From NCBI RefSeq assembly GCF_964355755.1, contig NC_092670.1, forward strand, positions 29,190,388 to 29,254,387: DNA of 64,000 bases, written 5' to 3'. Below, piece by piece: positions 14,689 to 28,445 of the stretch. Under the pieces are notes generated by a model. It was given only the letters and a program-made list of their open reading frames with translations, was not told the origin of the DNA and did not search any database. How positions within the stretch are numbered: the first letter of the stretch is position 1; every line of letters begins with the position of its first letter. The position numbers were made by a program, and so were the translations under genes. Source of the DNA: Antedon mediterranea (lineage: Eukaryota; Animalia; Echinodermata).

Positions 14689-15421
14689 GGTGGATTCAAA
14701 TGCAATTCCAGTATCTCTAATTATATTGCTCTTTAAATATGTACAATTTATACAGCTAATGTACATGTACACCAACAAAAACTTAAACAATGTCCTCCTA
14801 CTATAGTTAAGTTTTTGACTCAATATAAGCATACAATGTGTGCTTAATAATTCTCAAAAATGAAACTTAATGTAGGAATTACAGTATGTACTCTTTCACA
14901 AAGATAGATTCAACTACCCATAAATGCTGTAGCCCTAAATTTACCATCAGTATCTTATTATTACTGTGCATCTACAGTATTTGTTGAAATTACTATAGTA
15001 AATCTTACTGTACTACAGCAGGGTGTGTCCTTTATTTTTTTTAATGATGATTCATCTTTACATTTAATTTAGTAGAAAAGTGAAATTGATTAGAATTCAA
15101 AAGATGGATTATTTTTACTGAGACTGTTGATTAAATGACTAGAATTCAAATTGCTAGGCCTGGTAGACACTGATCATAATAGTGTGCATACTGTATTCAC
15201 TTGTTTTTCTCATTTTATATTTTTAAGAAAAAACAAATTATGTCACATCCTCTCCCTTATCAAATTTTAAAGGCACATGACATGTACTAAAATTACTATA
15301 AAATTAAAGATAGATTGTTAACTGTATTCACTTTGACCAAAAACTGGATTAAAAACAAAATATAAACCTGAAATGAAAAAAAAACTTAAATTGTCTGTGT
15401 CAGACAATGGTTTTTGGTGGG

Positions 15422-15989
15422 TATTGCTGAACCCTGCAAGGGCCGCAAACCCCCGCAAACCTAAAAAAAAACATAGCAAATCCCATCGAACCAACATAAA
15501 AGTGATTGAATCATGTAGTGTACAACCCACTGGGTATATCTATGTAAAAAAAATATTAAATTTCTACTGTTAACTACTTATTTTTGGAGTAAAACATCAT
15601 TTTTTGGTCAAAAATGATTGCTGATTTTTAACCAAAAAATGGTGTTTTATCCCCAAAAAAGTAGTTAACAGTAAAAATTTAATAATTTATATATACCCAG
15701 TGGGTCGTATACTACATTATTCAATCACTTGTATGTTGTTTCGGTGGGGTTTGCTATGGTTTTTTGGAGGTTTGCGGGGTTTAGCAATAATTTTTGACCA
15801 AAAAATGATGTTTTACCCCAAAAATAAGTTGTTAACAGTACAAATTAAATTTTTTTTTTACATTGATAGATATACCCAGTGGGTTGTACACTACATGATT
15901 CAATCACTTTTATGTTGGTTCGGTGGGGTTTGCTATGTTTTTTTTGGAGGTTTGCGGGGGTTTGCGGGGTTTGCGGTGTTTAGCAATAA
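15422..15989. mobile_element. Palindromic element of ~200-bp units: one forward copy, two reverse copies
   Basis: 15422-15620 is the reverse complement of both 15630-15790 and 15782-15989 (CAACCCACTGGGTATATCTAT / ATATACCCAGTGGGT). Confidence 0.8.
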
Positions 15990-18911
15990 AATTAACCATT
16001 TCTTTTGTCTTTTTATTAAAACAAGTGAAATCATTTTTTGTTTGTGGGGCGGGGGGGGGGGGGATTTTTTTTTCAGTGAATAATTTTATTAAAACTGGAA
16101 AATGGCCTATTTAAAGTCATCGCCAAACTCAAGTGTTGTCACACGCAAATTACATAGTCTATATCAAACTTCTCAAGAATTTACTGGATTTTTACTGTTT
16201 AATTGACAGGGACACGATAATCACCCGAAAATTACTCGATATTATCAGACTCGAGGAAATATACAATTTACGATCCTCGCAGCATTAGTCATGTGATGCA
16301 GTTTCAACCAATAACGTTCACGTATTTACATAGGCTATGATGTATAGTATTGTACAGACTTACTCATGTGAGATTTTGAATATTCTTGAACTTTCACACT
16401 CGGAATGTTAATTTAGTGAGTGTTTGCTATAGCTAATGAATGAATAACATCGATGTACAAGATCAGAATTTAATGAGAATGTGAAGAGACAAAATATGAT
16501 TCTTAAAATGCATTAATATGCAAAGTGATTTTAGTATTAGTAGCCTTCAGTAATTGGTAAATTATCCAAGTTTACAGTACACACTACCTTAATCATGCGG
16601 TTTTTGTACTTTTGTTTAAAAAGGGTTACTCAGTCCCACTTGACTCATTCAAGAATCAAGATATTTATTGAAATTCTAGATGAACACACTTAATGTACAG
16701 TATTTCATTATATTTAACTTTGTTGAACATTTCTTTAATTTATTTTCAAGCAATACCTTGATGAAGCAACATAATCCATTTCCCAACCATAGGAGAGAAT
16801 GTACAGTACATTCAGTAATTAACTCAAAAAGTAAACAAATTATTACAGGTACTTGAAAATAAAAACTAGATTTAAAAATGTACAGTATTCATTCAAAACC
16901 AGTAATTCAACTTTAATAATACACTGATAATAACATAGTATTCTTTATATTATAATCAAGAAACAAAATTGAAATTTGTTTCATTAAATTGCCTCGATAC
17001 ACATCATGATATGTGTAGAACCATCCATTGAAATTTCTAGTTCAATTTCTGATAAAGTGATGCGAGAAACCAAAATGATCTTTATAGCCCAAATATTGAT
17101 TTCCCTTTGTAAGAAAATGTCTAATTCCTTATTATAATGTTTCAGTCAATAAATATATACTTCTAGGAAAAAAGTCAGTGAGTCAAATATTTGCAAGTGA
17201 TCCGTGAGATTATGTTTAATATTAAAAATTTTCTACTAGCATATTTTAACAATTTGAGGTAAACTGTATTGTTGTTAATTATGTTTTTCTGGATAATAAA
17301 TAAATGAATATGAATACTCAATAGTTTTAAGGTTTAATTTTCAAACGTTACAATGGTACTAAAGTTTTAAAAAATTGTATTAACTCCTTTATAGATTCAA
17401 CTATGATTATTGTTAATCAGTTATTTAATTAAAATCAAATGACATTATTTTGTGACAAATGTGTATAAATAAACAGGGGACACCTTTTGACAACGATCAA
17501 ACAAAGTGTCTCCATACAAAATATCGTTAGGCCTATAGTTATGTACAAATTTAAAGTTAAAAATAATTAAATAATAATTAATTAATTTAAAAACCAAAAA
17601 CTATAGATTAAATTTTGTTAAACTGTTTTTCATCACAACTGCTATGTTTGAAAAAAAAATCCAAATTAATTATAATAATATCTTTTGATAATAATTAATA
17701 ATTAATTTGTTATTTTGTGTTTTATAAATGTATTTTTACTTTTAAAAAAATACAAATATAAAGACTTATTATTGTTCATAAACTATTAAATTGTGATATA
17801 AAATGGAATTGTTTTATGTGCATATTTTATGGGAAATTTTCAATATGCATATTATTACTAATGGTGATGAGTCAACCTTATAGTAACTTGACATGTGTAC
17901 ACTTGTATTATAGTTTGCTAGTTTCATTGATGACAGTTAATACTATCACCAAGCAAACCTGAAGGTCACAGATACAGCACTAAAATTGTTCATTTATGAT
18001 TACAAATTTAGCTAATTTGAATAATTTACTGTATTATATGAATATCAAGTTTGTTTAGAAGCTCATTTGAGCTTCTATTTTGATATCCCTATTTTCATTT
18101 TTATTATGTTTTTTTTTATAATATCCTATTGTAAAAATGTTGATGAATAAATTTGAATTGAATGAATTACAGTAGGTCAGATTAAAGAAGGTTGATTTTC
18201 AGATTAGCAGTAGAAAAATGGATGAGAAATGAGTGGTTTGCACAAAAGGTACAGATATGATAGGATACTGTACGAAGCTGATATCAATGTATTATCAACA
18301 TCACTGTCCATGAGTAGTACTGTACTGTACTAAAGCACGCTTTTACAGGCAATACAATACCTTGTACATATTGTTATTTTAGTTCATTCATAAACAGTTG
18401 TAACTGTGCAGCATGGATGACTGGTGAAGGTCAAAACACAGACTAGGATAACATGCAAAATGCATTACACTAACAAGTAACAGTATACTTTTGATACAAG
18501 AATTGCTTTTTTTCTCTGCTAATATATTAATGAAATCAAGTCAAATAGTAAATTTGGTGAAAAACTAAAAATTGTTTAGTTTCATTAGTACCAAATTTTC
18601 ATAATGTATTTTGGGCATAGTCTCATGGATAAGCAGGAATTATAATAAACAGGCATTTATTTGGTGGCTGATTTGCTGTGTGTTGCCATCTATGCCTTTA
18701 ATAAATTTATTTCAAGTTTGTGGATAAGAATACTACCCGCTGGATTACAGAAGTATAACACACAATCAAAAACACTGAATTTGGAAGTTTTTTGTCTCAA
18801 TGGATTTCTGTTTCGGTGGTACAACAATAGTGGAGGAAGAGGCGGTGTTTGCAGCAGGTTGGTTCACGCACTGTACACTCATAAAAACCAATAAAAACGT
18901 TGGTGGCCGGA

Positions 18912-19205
18912 ATTATAATAATAATACCACATTTATATAGTACCCTTTTCATGAGTAATCATGCTACAAGCATTATTACCTCGGTCATTTTTTGGATCAA
19001 ACACGTATGGAAACATTCTCCCAAAATTCAGCTAGTAATTTAATTCTAAACCGGGTACCCCTTTAGGCTTTAATACACTTGGGTGGGGAGAGCCAAATTT
19101 AAGTAAAGTGCCTTGCCTAAAGGATACAAGCAATGCGGCAAGAGTTGGATTCAAACCACAATCTCACGATCAGTAATCCAGCATCCAACACACTGCGCCA
19201 CAGGC
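18912..19205 (-). mobile_element. tRNA-derived SINE with CORE-like domain and (ATT)n tail
   Basis: Minus strand: A-box-like GTGGCGCAGTG, B-box-like GGTTTGAATCC, TGTATCCTTTAGGCAAGGCACTTTA...CCACCCAAGTGTAT...GGGTACCCGG, ending CTATATAAATGTGGTATTATTATTAT. Confidence 0.75.
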
Positions 19206-19369
19206 CCAAAAACAAATTGACAGCATATGCATGTTTTTTCTAGAATAATTGTTGTTTTTTTATGCTAATGTGCTAATTTTAATTGAAACTTTGGTTATGA
19301 TGCTAAATTAATACTACCTAAAGACTAGAAACAAATGAAACAAAGGAAAAAATTAATTTAAGACATAAC

Positions 19370-22300
19370 TTGCATACTGGAACATGGAATGTAAGAAGTA
19401 TGACTGATCCTAGCAAACTGCACATTCACCAGAGAGAATTATATAGATGCACAATTCCGATCTGTGGTTTATCAGAAGTCCGATGGATTGGGAAAGGTCA
19501 TTTCAGAACAGATAATGGATACACTGTGTACTTTTCTGGCTCAGATAGACTAAGGCGTAATGGAGTTGGTTTTATAATGTCAGGACAATCTGCAAAATCT
19601 GTTCTTGGATATAACCCAATCAGTGACAGAATTATATCCATTCGTCTTCAAGCAAAACCAGTCAATATCTCAATAATTCAAGTGTATGCTCCAACCTCTT
19701 TAGTAGATGAGGAGATAATTAATTAATTTTACCAAGAACTCCAAGAAACTATTAATAAAAACCCCAAAGAGAGACATTGTTATTATTATGGGTGATTTTA
19801 ATTCCAAAGTTGGAAGTAACCTGGAGAAGAATCATGCAATGGGAAGGTTTGGGCTTGGCCATGCTAACGAGAGAGGTGAAAAACTGATGGATTTCTGCAT
19901 TGAGAATGACCTGGTTTTAACAAATACATTATTTCAACAGCACCCATGACGACTATATACTTGGATATCACCAGATGGAAAATATCGAAATTCGTTGCAA
20001 ACTAAAGATAGTAAAACGAGACACTCTACTACGCAGATATGATGTTAAACAAATAAATGATCAATATCGAGCTGAAGTCTTAAAAAGGAAAAAACATGGA
20101 AACCAAATGAATTGTGGGAGTTGACAAAAAATGCAATCTCATTAGCAGCTCGGAAAAATTTACCAAAACTAAAGAAATGCAGAGCCGCTTGGATATCGGA
20201 CAAGGTGGTTGCACTGGCAGATGAAAGGCGGCAAATAAAAGCAAATGGTTTACACAGTGGGAGAGACCGCAGTCAATATAAACATCTTTAGTAGAAGTAT
20301 CCAACATGTTACTAGACAAGATAAACAGACCTTTCTTGAAAGAAAATGCAGGGAGGTTGAATCGCATTTCGTTACCAATCATTCTAGAGACTTCTTCAAA
20401 GCTTTAAACAAAATTACTTGCAAGAGGGCTGTAAAATTAAATGTTATTAAAGATAGGGACGGTACGATTCTAACTGAGAGTCACTAAATCAAGTATAGGT
20501 GGAAAGAATATTGTCAAAGATTGTATGATAGTAAAGATGCAGATCAAGTTACAAAAGCAATTGATGTAGATTAACATGAACCAAATATACTAAGATCAGA
20601 AGTGGAATTTGCAATAAAGAAAAAGGATGGGAAAACATCGGGATATGATGATATTCCAGCTGAGCTTCTTAAGGAGACAGGGGATGAAGGTATCTCTTTA
20701 ATGCATAATCTATGTAACTTGATATGGACCGATAAGAGCTGGCCAACTGACTGGGCTAGATCAATATTTATACCGCTACCCAAGAAAAGAGATACAAGAG
20801 AATGCAAAAAGAATAGGACTATTTCTCTGATATCACACACGAGTAAGATTATGCTGTACATAATTCGTCGTAAAATTCCTCAAGAACAAGTTAGTTTATT
20901 TTTTAGTTAGTTTAGTTAGTTTATTTTTATTCTGGATGACCTCTTCAGTCAAAGACTGATCTCCCAGAGGGCCCAGTTTGTGATCAGTGGCTAGTACAAC
21001 GGGGTAATCCCCTACACGTCTCGAAAGATGTACTAGGTTCTTTAAAGTGCACACGAGCTAGTTGTGTACACTGGACCTACGGTTTATAGTCCTTATCCGA
21101 GAAGACTCGTTCTACTACCAGAACCATGGAGTGAGTGAGCCTCGAACCCTTGCCGATGTTATGGCTACGTAATACGGTTCCACTGTCTTGAACCGCTCGG
21201 CCACTCACTCACTCTAAACAAGCAGGTTTTGTAGAAGGAAGAGGTACAAGAGACCAAATAGCAAATATTAGAAATATAATGGAAAGAGCTATTGAATTTA
21301 ACCTTCCGCTATATATGTGCTTTATTGACTATTCAAAAGCTTTTGATACTGTGCAGCATCAAAGACTCTGGAATATTTTAATAGCAATGGGCTTTCCAAG
21401 GCATGTAGTAGAACTCCTCAGGACATTATATGATAACCAGGAAGCTGCTGTGAGGACTGTATGCGGTGAGACAAGGTTGCATACTGTCTCCGCGCTTGTT
21501 TAATGTCTATGCAGAATATATTATGAGATTAGCTATAGAAAACTGCAATAGCGGAATATCTATTGGTGGCAGAACTATAAATAATATCAGGTATGCTGAT
21601 ACTACTTTAATAACAGATAATGCACAGGAAATGGAAGGTCTGGTTGAAAAAGTAAGAAGGGAGAGTGAAAAGTTTGGCTATTTTCTAAATGTAAGCAAGA
21701 AAAAGGTGATGATCATTAACCCACAAGAGGAGAACCCTATCATTCATGCAGGAAACCAAGTAATTGAAGTTATCAACTACTTTAACTTCCTTGGTTCGAT
21801 GATTTCAAACCATGGTGGATGTTCCATTGAGATCAAACATCGTCTGGCAATGGCAAAATCATCAATGTGTTTAATGCACAAGATATGGAAAGACAGAAGC
21901 ATCAGCAAGGCAACAAAAATTAGATTAATTAATCGGAGCTCTAGTTTTTCCAATTGCAACATACGCATGTGAAACATGGGTAATTAATGCTGCAGATCAA
22001 AAACGAATTGAAGCTTTTGAGATGTGGTGCTGGAGAAAGCTTCTAGGTTTCCATGGACTGCCAGAAGAACTAATGAAAGTGTAAGGCACGAAATAGGCAA
22101 GAAAGGCACATTAATCGGATCTATTATCAAACAAAAACTACAATATTTTGGACATATTGCCAGACGGGATGGAGATAGTATGGAGAAAATGATTATGTTT
22201 GGGAAAGTTGAGGGGAAACGAAATAGAGGAAGACAGAGACTCAGATGGATTGATGGTATAAGTGGTGCTGCTAACCGACCAATAATCAGTTGCTACAATG

Positions 22301-22380
22301 AAGCTCAAAATCAGCAAGAATGGAGAGACCTCATCAGAATGGTCACGAGTACTCAGATATGAGTAGAACGATGAGTCAGT
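19370..22380 (+). mobile_element. RTE-clade LINE, degenerate (APE endonuclease + reverse transcriptase; stops, frameshifts, internal deletion near 19990)
   Basis: GTWNVRSM, GLSEVRW, GVGF, IIQVYAPT, MGDFNSKVG (APE); RTISLISH, QAGF..GRGTRDQ, FIDYSKAFD, RQGCILSP, IRYAD (RT); C-terminal GKVEGKRNRGRQRLRWID. Confidence 0.95.
20891..21216 (-). mobile_element. SINE with Deu/Nin-like central domain inserted in the RTE element; 6-bp TSD AACAAG
   Basis: Minus strand: GTGGCCGAGCGG head, GGTTCGAGGC B-box, GTCTTCTCGGATAAGGACTATAAACCGTAGGTCC...TTAAAGAACC, (AACTA)n tail. AACAAG at 20885-20890 and 21217-21222; removing the insert restores IPQEQAGF. Confidence 0.85.
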
Positions 22381-23489
22381 CAAAAACTAGATATACAGTA
22401 ATATCAATCGTGTTCCTAAGTTTACTGTAAATACGGTGAATTTATTTTTCATTTATTTTTTACTGTAAAGTGTAAGTGTCAACTTTATTTTTTATTTTTA
22501 TTTTTACACTGAATGTGTTTTACTATATAGTATAATATAAAGTATTTGTATCATTTTTTAAAAATGTTATGTTGTGTCCTGTTCAAGTACAGTAAATACT
22601 TTTTATACTTTTTCCAGAGGTAAAATCCTTGTGAGAAATCTGAGTATTATTATAATATAACTTTGTGAATGAATTAAAATCTTATATTGATTAACCTTTT
22701 AACCTTTGTCAATGGAGCAAGTGCTTTGAGCTATTTAGCTTTGCATGTGGAGTACTATATCATAGTATTATTGATGATAATAAATGCTAAATAGGTTTAG
22801 CCACACAGAGACCCAGACCTAAATATATCTTATATTTTTCCATTGGTTGACAATAAACAGGATACATAAATAGTCAAAAGAAAAAAAAAGTGTTATTTTC
22901 ATAAGAACTGTAAATATTGTGTTTTCAAAATATAAAAGTACTATTGTATGCAGACAAGCTTTAGAACAGTGAGGTGCTTCCATTACATTGGGCCTGTTTC
23001 TGCTGCATAAAAAATAACCGGTGAATAAATTAACTCCATTTTCTTGGCAGCAGAAACAGGACAAATTTGTGGTAACCGGTTAAAAGGCAGCGCAAAATTA
23101 CCGGTTAAAAACACCAATGTAAATCGGTGTTAGAACGCCGTTTAACCGGTTATTGCTGAGCAATTCTTAGCTGCAACATGAAATAACGGTTATTTGATTG
23201 ACAGTTGTGACCCCGGGTCAGATACCGTCGCGTACGATGTGTGTTTTCCTCGTGGTTTTGACAGTCGAACGAAGAAGTGAACATGTATGTGAATGAATGA
23301 AATCACAAGATATGTTATTCAGTTGTGGGTGGGGGGGGGGGGGGGGAAGAGAAAGTATGGGGAAGGATGGCAGGCAATAGAAAAGATTCACAGATAAATA
23401 AATAAGAGCATTTTTGCGAAAGTAAAAAAGGAATTCGGGGTGGAGTTCCGGAGACTACCCAAGCTAAACAATTTGAGGCGTTAATACAC

Positions 23490-26400
23490 GCTCGCGAAGG
23501 GTATGGTCCTATGAACACCAAAACGGAAACAAAAGGGACTCAGAATGTTGCAAATACCTACCAAATGAGAATAGATAATGGTTAAATAATTCTGAAAACC
23601 CAAATTTTATAGCAAAAATCATCCAAATTTATGTTATAAACGATGAATTTAGCAACAAAAACTGAATCCAAACGAGCGTATTTATGGCACGCCCTTAGTG
23701 CCTTTAATAGGAGAACAATGAACAATCTTACTTTGATCGTTTTTTTTTTTTTTTTATCTTTTGTGGTAGCCACCACCTTTATTCATCATTCATTCTTTCA
23801 TAAATATATTACAATTGTTGTATACTCTCATTTCATATAATATATAATACATTTCCGTTTCCTCAGTAGTTTTACTTTTTTTTCCTATTAACACATGTTA
23901 TTTTCAACATCCTACTTAACATCTAATATTCAATTAACAATGTTTGTTTTTTCTTCTGATTAGAACAATCAGTTGTATTCATTTCGTAACCTATTCTTAT
24001 ATAATTTCTACTAGTACTGATTTCTTTTTTTGTGTACATATAATCTATTCTAACCCTTTCCCATTCTCTTAGCATTTTTTTTTTCATTTTTTTTTTAGAT
24101 ATTTACAATCATAGTATACTATTACCGTTGCATTTGTTTCGATCAAACATATATTTAATTAACAATGCATATTCTCTCTTTTAACTGTAAATTACTACTT
24201 ACTAGCTATTTAAACTAACAAAATATTAACATTGCTTTTTATTTTGAATAACAAAATATTTTCATTTAACATTGCTTTTTTTTAAAATTAAATCCACTTT
24301 TCAACAGAGTTTCTTTTGCCTTATTGTTACATAAAATTTACTTGAAACCTAGCGAATGTTGCATGAAATAGTTAGTGAGTCAAAGATATATGATAAAAAC
24401 CATAAAATATTTAACTACATAAAATGTCGTGTATTATGTTCCCAATCTTAGTACAAATTTTGCACATTCCTTGTGATTAGTTCATTATGAAAGACATTAA
24501 TAAGATTGTTTTTATGGTTACTGTGTTTAAATTTACATATTGAGAATTTAGCAATAAAAATAATTTTATTCATATTATTTACAATTCATTCTTTGTGCGT
24601 AAAATCCAAACATGTTCTAACTCTATATTTATCATTATATTTCGTCTCAGTTCATCCCATAAACAGGAGACTCTGGGACACAGATATAAATAATGTTCTA
24701 TATTATCTATCAATTGTGCATTACAGAAGTTACAAAACTGATCTTCAATTATTCCCATTTTTTTCAGTAAAATGTTTGTTGGGTAACAATTATTCAGGAT
24801 TTTCCAGTTTGTGGAGAATACTCTAGGGTATTGGGAGACTATGCATAGATTGTTCCAAATATCATCCCAATTAAATTCATAAAATTTGAAATGATGTTGC
24901 CAGTACACTTGACTGCTTGGTGGTTTGAAATATTTATGTATAAGTTCATACCTTATTAATAGATTTGTTAGTGACTCTATTGTTATAAACTGATTCTTTG
25001 TGTAAAATCCAGGGGAATTTAGTACTTGGTCACAATTTTCGTTATAGTTACCATAAATCCACTCCTTTGGAATTGCCTTAAAAAGCATAAAGTATTCTAT
25101 GGTGAAGGATTCTTTTCTTTGCACCACTTCTTTAACTTGTGAAAAAGACTTTAATGTTGCATCTTTATTAAAAAGATCTTTGATATAAACGATCCCGTTC
25201 TCTATCCATTTTTTAAAATACAGTTGCCTATTTTCATATGTAATGCAAGAATTGCACCAAATAATCTCGTTTGCTGGCATACCCACTTCAATTGTATTCT
25301 TGGGAGTTTTAAGTTCATACCAACATAACAACCACAATAACATAAAATTCTTTCCTTTGCGTCTGTAAAGTTGTATAAAGTTGTGATGCAGAGGAATTAA
25401 AATAGAGAGACGATATATTCGGTGCAATACCTGATAAAATTGACAGTGGTATATTTTTCCATGCTGCTATTTCATTGTTAAAAATTCTTTTGATCCAATT
25501 GATTTTAAAGGTAGTTATTATAGTAGGTACATGGACCATATCTAGACCTCCATGTATTTTGTTTCCAATAACCGTAGTCCGTTTAACTTTTTCCTTTTTG
25601 CCTCCCCATAAAAATGTATATAGTATTGTTTCTATAGCTTTATTAACCCATTGAGGTACATCGAGGACCATAATTGGAAATAAAATTTGGGATATCAGCA
25701 GTGATTTAATAATTACCACTTTACCTTTCAACGACAGATATCTTTTTTCCCATAGGTAGGTAATGTTTTGTAGTTTTTCTATTTGTTTCGTCCAATTTTC
25801 CTCGATATTTTCAGCCGGTATTGTGTTAGAAAATATAATGTCTATAAGTGCTTTTGCTTTTCCGTCATTTTTCCAATTAATGTCTTCGACGTTTTCCTTT
25901 TTTTTTACGTTACTACCACAGGCCTTCTGTTTTATTTTTATTTAGATGCAAGCTTGACAAATTGGAAAATTCTTTAATGATTTTAAAAACATTTGAGATG
26001 GAAGCATTATCACCAAGAAATAATGTGTTGTCATCAGCATACTGTAGCTAGTAATTTTGATTTCGTTAATTGGATAATTTGTATTAGGCAATTTGATACC
26101 ATTTACATCTTTACTCATTTTAATTTTGAGAGCGAAGATTTCTGTCGCAATGTTAAAAAGGTAAGGACTCAATGGGCAACCTTGTCTAACCCCAGATTTA
26201 AGTTCGAAGAATTCAGATAACCACCCGTTGTGGTTTATACAACTCTTTGTGCCTTTAAGTAGCGTTGCTACCAACGAAATAAATGATGGACCAAATTTAA
26301 ATTTGTGTAGTGCTTTTAAGATAAAATTTCTATCAATGGTGTCGAAAGCTTTACTGAAATCTAAGAAAATGGCTGCACCAGGAATATTTTGTTTTTGTGC

Positions 26401-26805
26401 CTGCCGTTGATCGTTTTACATAATATAATTTTTTAGAAAAACATCACATCGACCGAAAACAAAGGTAATCAGAGCCTTTGATGATATGTTAAATATGATT
26501 TTATTAAGCATAGAAATGTGTTATTATTTATGTTAGTACATAAATATACGAAATAATGTTCAATACTCATTATTTTATTAAAGGCACTATGTGCGTGCGA
26601 TATTCTATGACTTGGATACTCTCGTTTGATTTAAGTTTTTGTGGCTAAACTCATCGTTTTTAACATAAATTCGGACGATTTTTGCTATAAAAGTTGGGTT
26701 TTCATAATTAATTAACAATTATCTACTCTCATTTGGTAAGTATTGCAACATTCTGAGTCTCGTTTTTGTTTCCGTTTGGTGTTTTGTAGGACCGCGCTCG
26801 CGAAA
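23490..26805. mobile_element. Long-TIR (~190-bp arms) non-autonomous element nested in the Harbinger-like element
   Basis: 23505-23680 (GGTCCTATGAACACCAAAACGGAAAC...GACTCAGAATGTTGCAA) is the reverse complement of 26620-26793. Confidence 0.75.
23744..26406 (-). mobile_element. 5'-truncated Tx1/L1-clade LINE (RT, C-terminal CCHC, 3' UTR, poly(A)); 11-bp TSD
   Basis: FLDFSKAFD, GVRQGCPLSPYLF, frameshifted YADD, LWGGKKEKVKR, GGLDM, GIVYIKDL, C-x2-C-x8-H-x4-C. Poly(T) at 23740-23755 on +; TTGATCGTTTT at 23733-23743 and 26407-26417. Confidence 0.93.
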
Positions 26806-28299
26806 GACAACAGTTGTTCACGTGGGAAGGGCCGTATCATCGCCTTTGTTGAGGAATTAGGCTAGATAAAAATTATCCTAGGCGATTGGGCGCTGCACGA
26901 CCCTCCCCACGTTATTGAAGGCGCCATGAGAATTAATTTTATTAGCAATAGTAAAGTAGGCTTTACAAAAAACAAAACTTGTAGACCTATAGACAACATT
27001 TTATTATTTTAACATGTTTGAGATGTTTGGCAATATACACACGTGTGTACTGACGACGTCGATGTAAACAAACAGCCAACTTACTACTTCCGTCTGAGTG
27101 TATTGCATTTTGGTTTTGCTCGACGACCACCCATAGATTTAACCAGTTATTTCGGAGCACAAATTGAGCAGAAACGCGGTCTTGTTATTGTTAATGTTAT
27201 CTATTTTTAATCTATTTTAAAATAACCGGTTAAATTGCGTTATGCAGCAGAAACAGACCCATTGATATAATTATAATCAAGCTATCAATGTTTACACTAC
27301 AGACTGTATACTGTGTTCTTCCAAGCATCAAATCAAAGCAATTCCAAAACCCTCTTCCTCAAGTTCTCGCGAAAACCTGACCTCTTCCCGGTGGCAATCT
27401 AATTATATTACGTCACACGATTTTTAAAACTAAACCAGGCCAAATTATCATATAATAAGTCTGTACATGGGCATTCATGACAAACACAAGAAAGAATGCC
27501 TTCATATTCCTCTAATACTAAATTAAAGACTGCGTTTGCTTTATATTTGGCTAGATCCTTTCTTATTATGGATCAAGTTACTGTCTTTATGATAAGCCAT
27601 TATTAATAATGTACCATATAGGCATACATTATTACTTTATTTACAGTGGTCGTGCTTTATGTCAGTGATTGAATAAAATACTGAAAATAAAGTAGGAAAC
27701 TCCAAACAAATTACAGGGAAAAACATCATTGATCATTTTGAGATTTTGATTTCGAAAACTGTTCAAATTAGTAGACGATTAGAGAACTTTAAAGACATCA
27801 AGAAATTGCTCTAGCTCTCTGGCATAATTAGTTGGTGGAAAGCATTATTTGTTGTAGAAATAAAATGCAAAAAATACTAAATATTTAAACTATAGTATTA
27901 AGTATTTTTAGAATTTAAAACTGTGTCAGACACATCCATCCTAGATTGGTTTGTGAATATATTTGGGACATACACTATTACTGACTTGATTGATGAAGAT
28001 GATTCTTATTAAGAAACTTATTAGAAAGACTTGCTATACTTAATGCGTTCTGGATCAAATTACAAGTAAAATTGTAAGGTTTATGAGAAGAAGACTCGCC
28101 ATAAGCTGCAGTGCAGTATTAACAATTTTACATTGAAGTACTGTAATTGTACTTTTAAAGAAGAGGAGCAAGGTGGGTTTTTTATTTATTGTAAATGTAA
28201 TTAATATAAATACACCGTACCGTACTGGACTGAATTGCGCACAGGTGTGGATGACACATACAACAACATTATTTTCCCTTAAGAAGGGTCACTTATTAT

Positions 28300-28445
28300 A
28301 TTCAAGTGAAAACAGCGCACATTCGACAAGGTCTGGGAATCCCCTATTCTTCTGTAAGATGCACTGAAGTTCTTCAAAGTGCACAGGAGAAAAATGTGTA
28401 CACTGGACCTCCAGTTTTTAAAGTCCTAATATCTGAGAAGACAAA
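28300..28445 (-). mobile_element. Degenerate Deu/Nin-like SINE fragment
   Basis: GTTCTTCAAAGTGCACA...TGTGTACACTGGACCT...AGTCCTAATATCTGAGAAGAC matches 21037-21108. Confidence 0.7.

Larger units (their letters stand above)
22990..27260. mobile_element. Non-autonomous PIF/Harbinger-like TIR element hosting nested insertions; 3-bp TSD ATT
   Basis: GGGCCTGTTTCTGCTGCATAA (22990) and TTATGCAGCAGAAACAGACCC (ends 27260), ATT on both flanks, subterminal AACCGGTT repeats. Confidence 0.8.

Noticed and set aside
19140-19205. tRNA gene
   Set aside because: It is a degenerate tRNA-like head continuous with a SINE body and has no complete cloverleaf.
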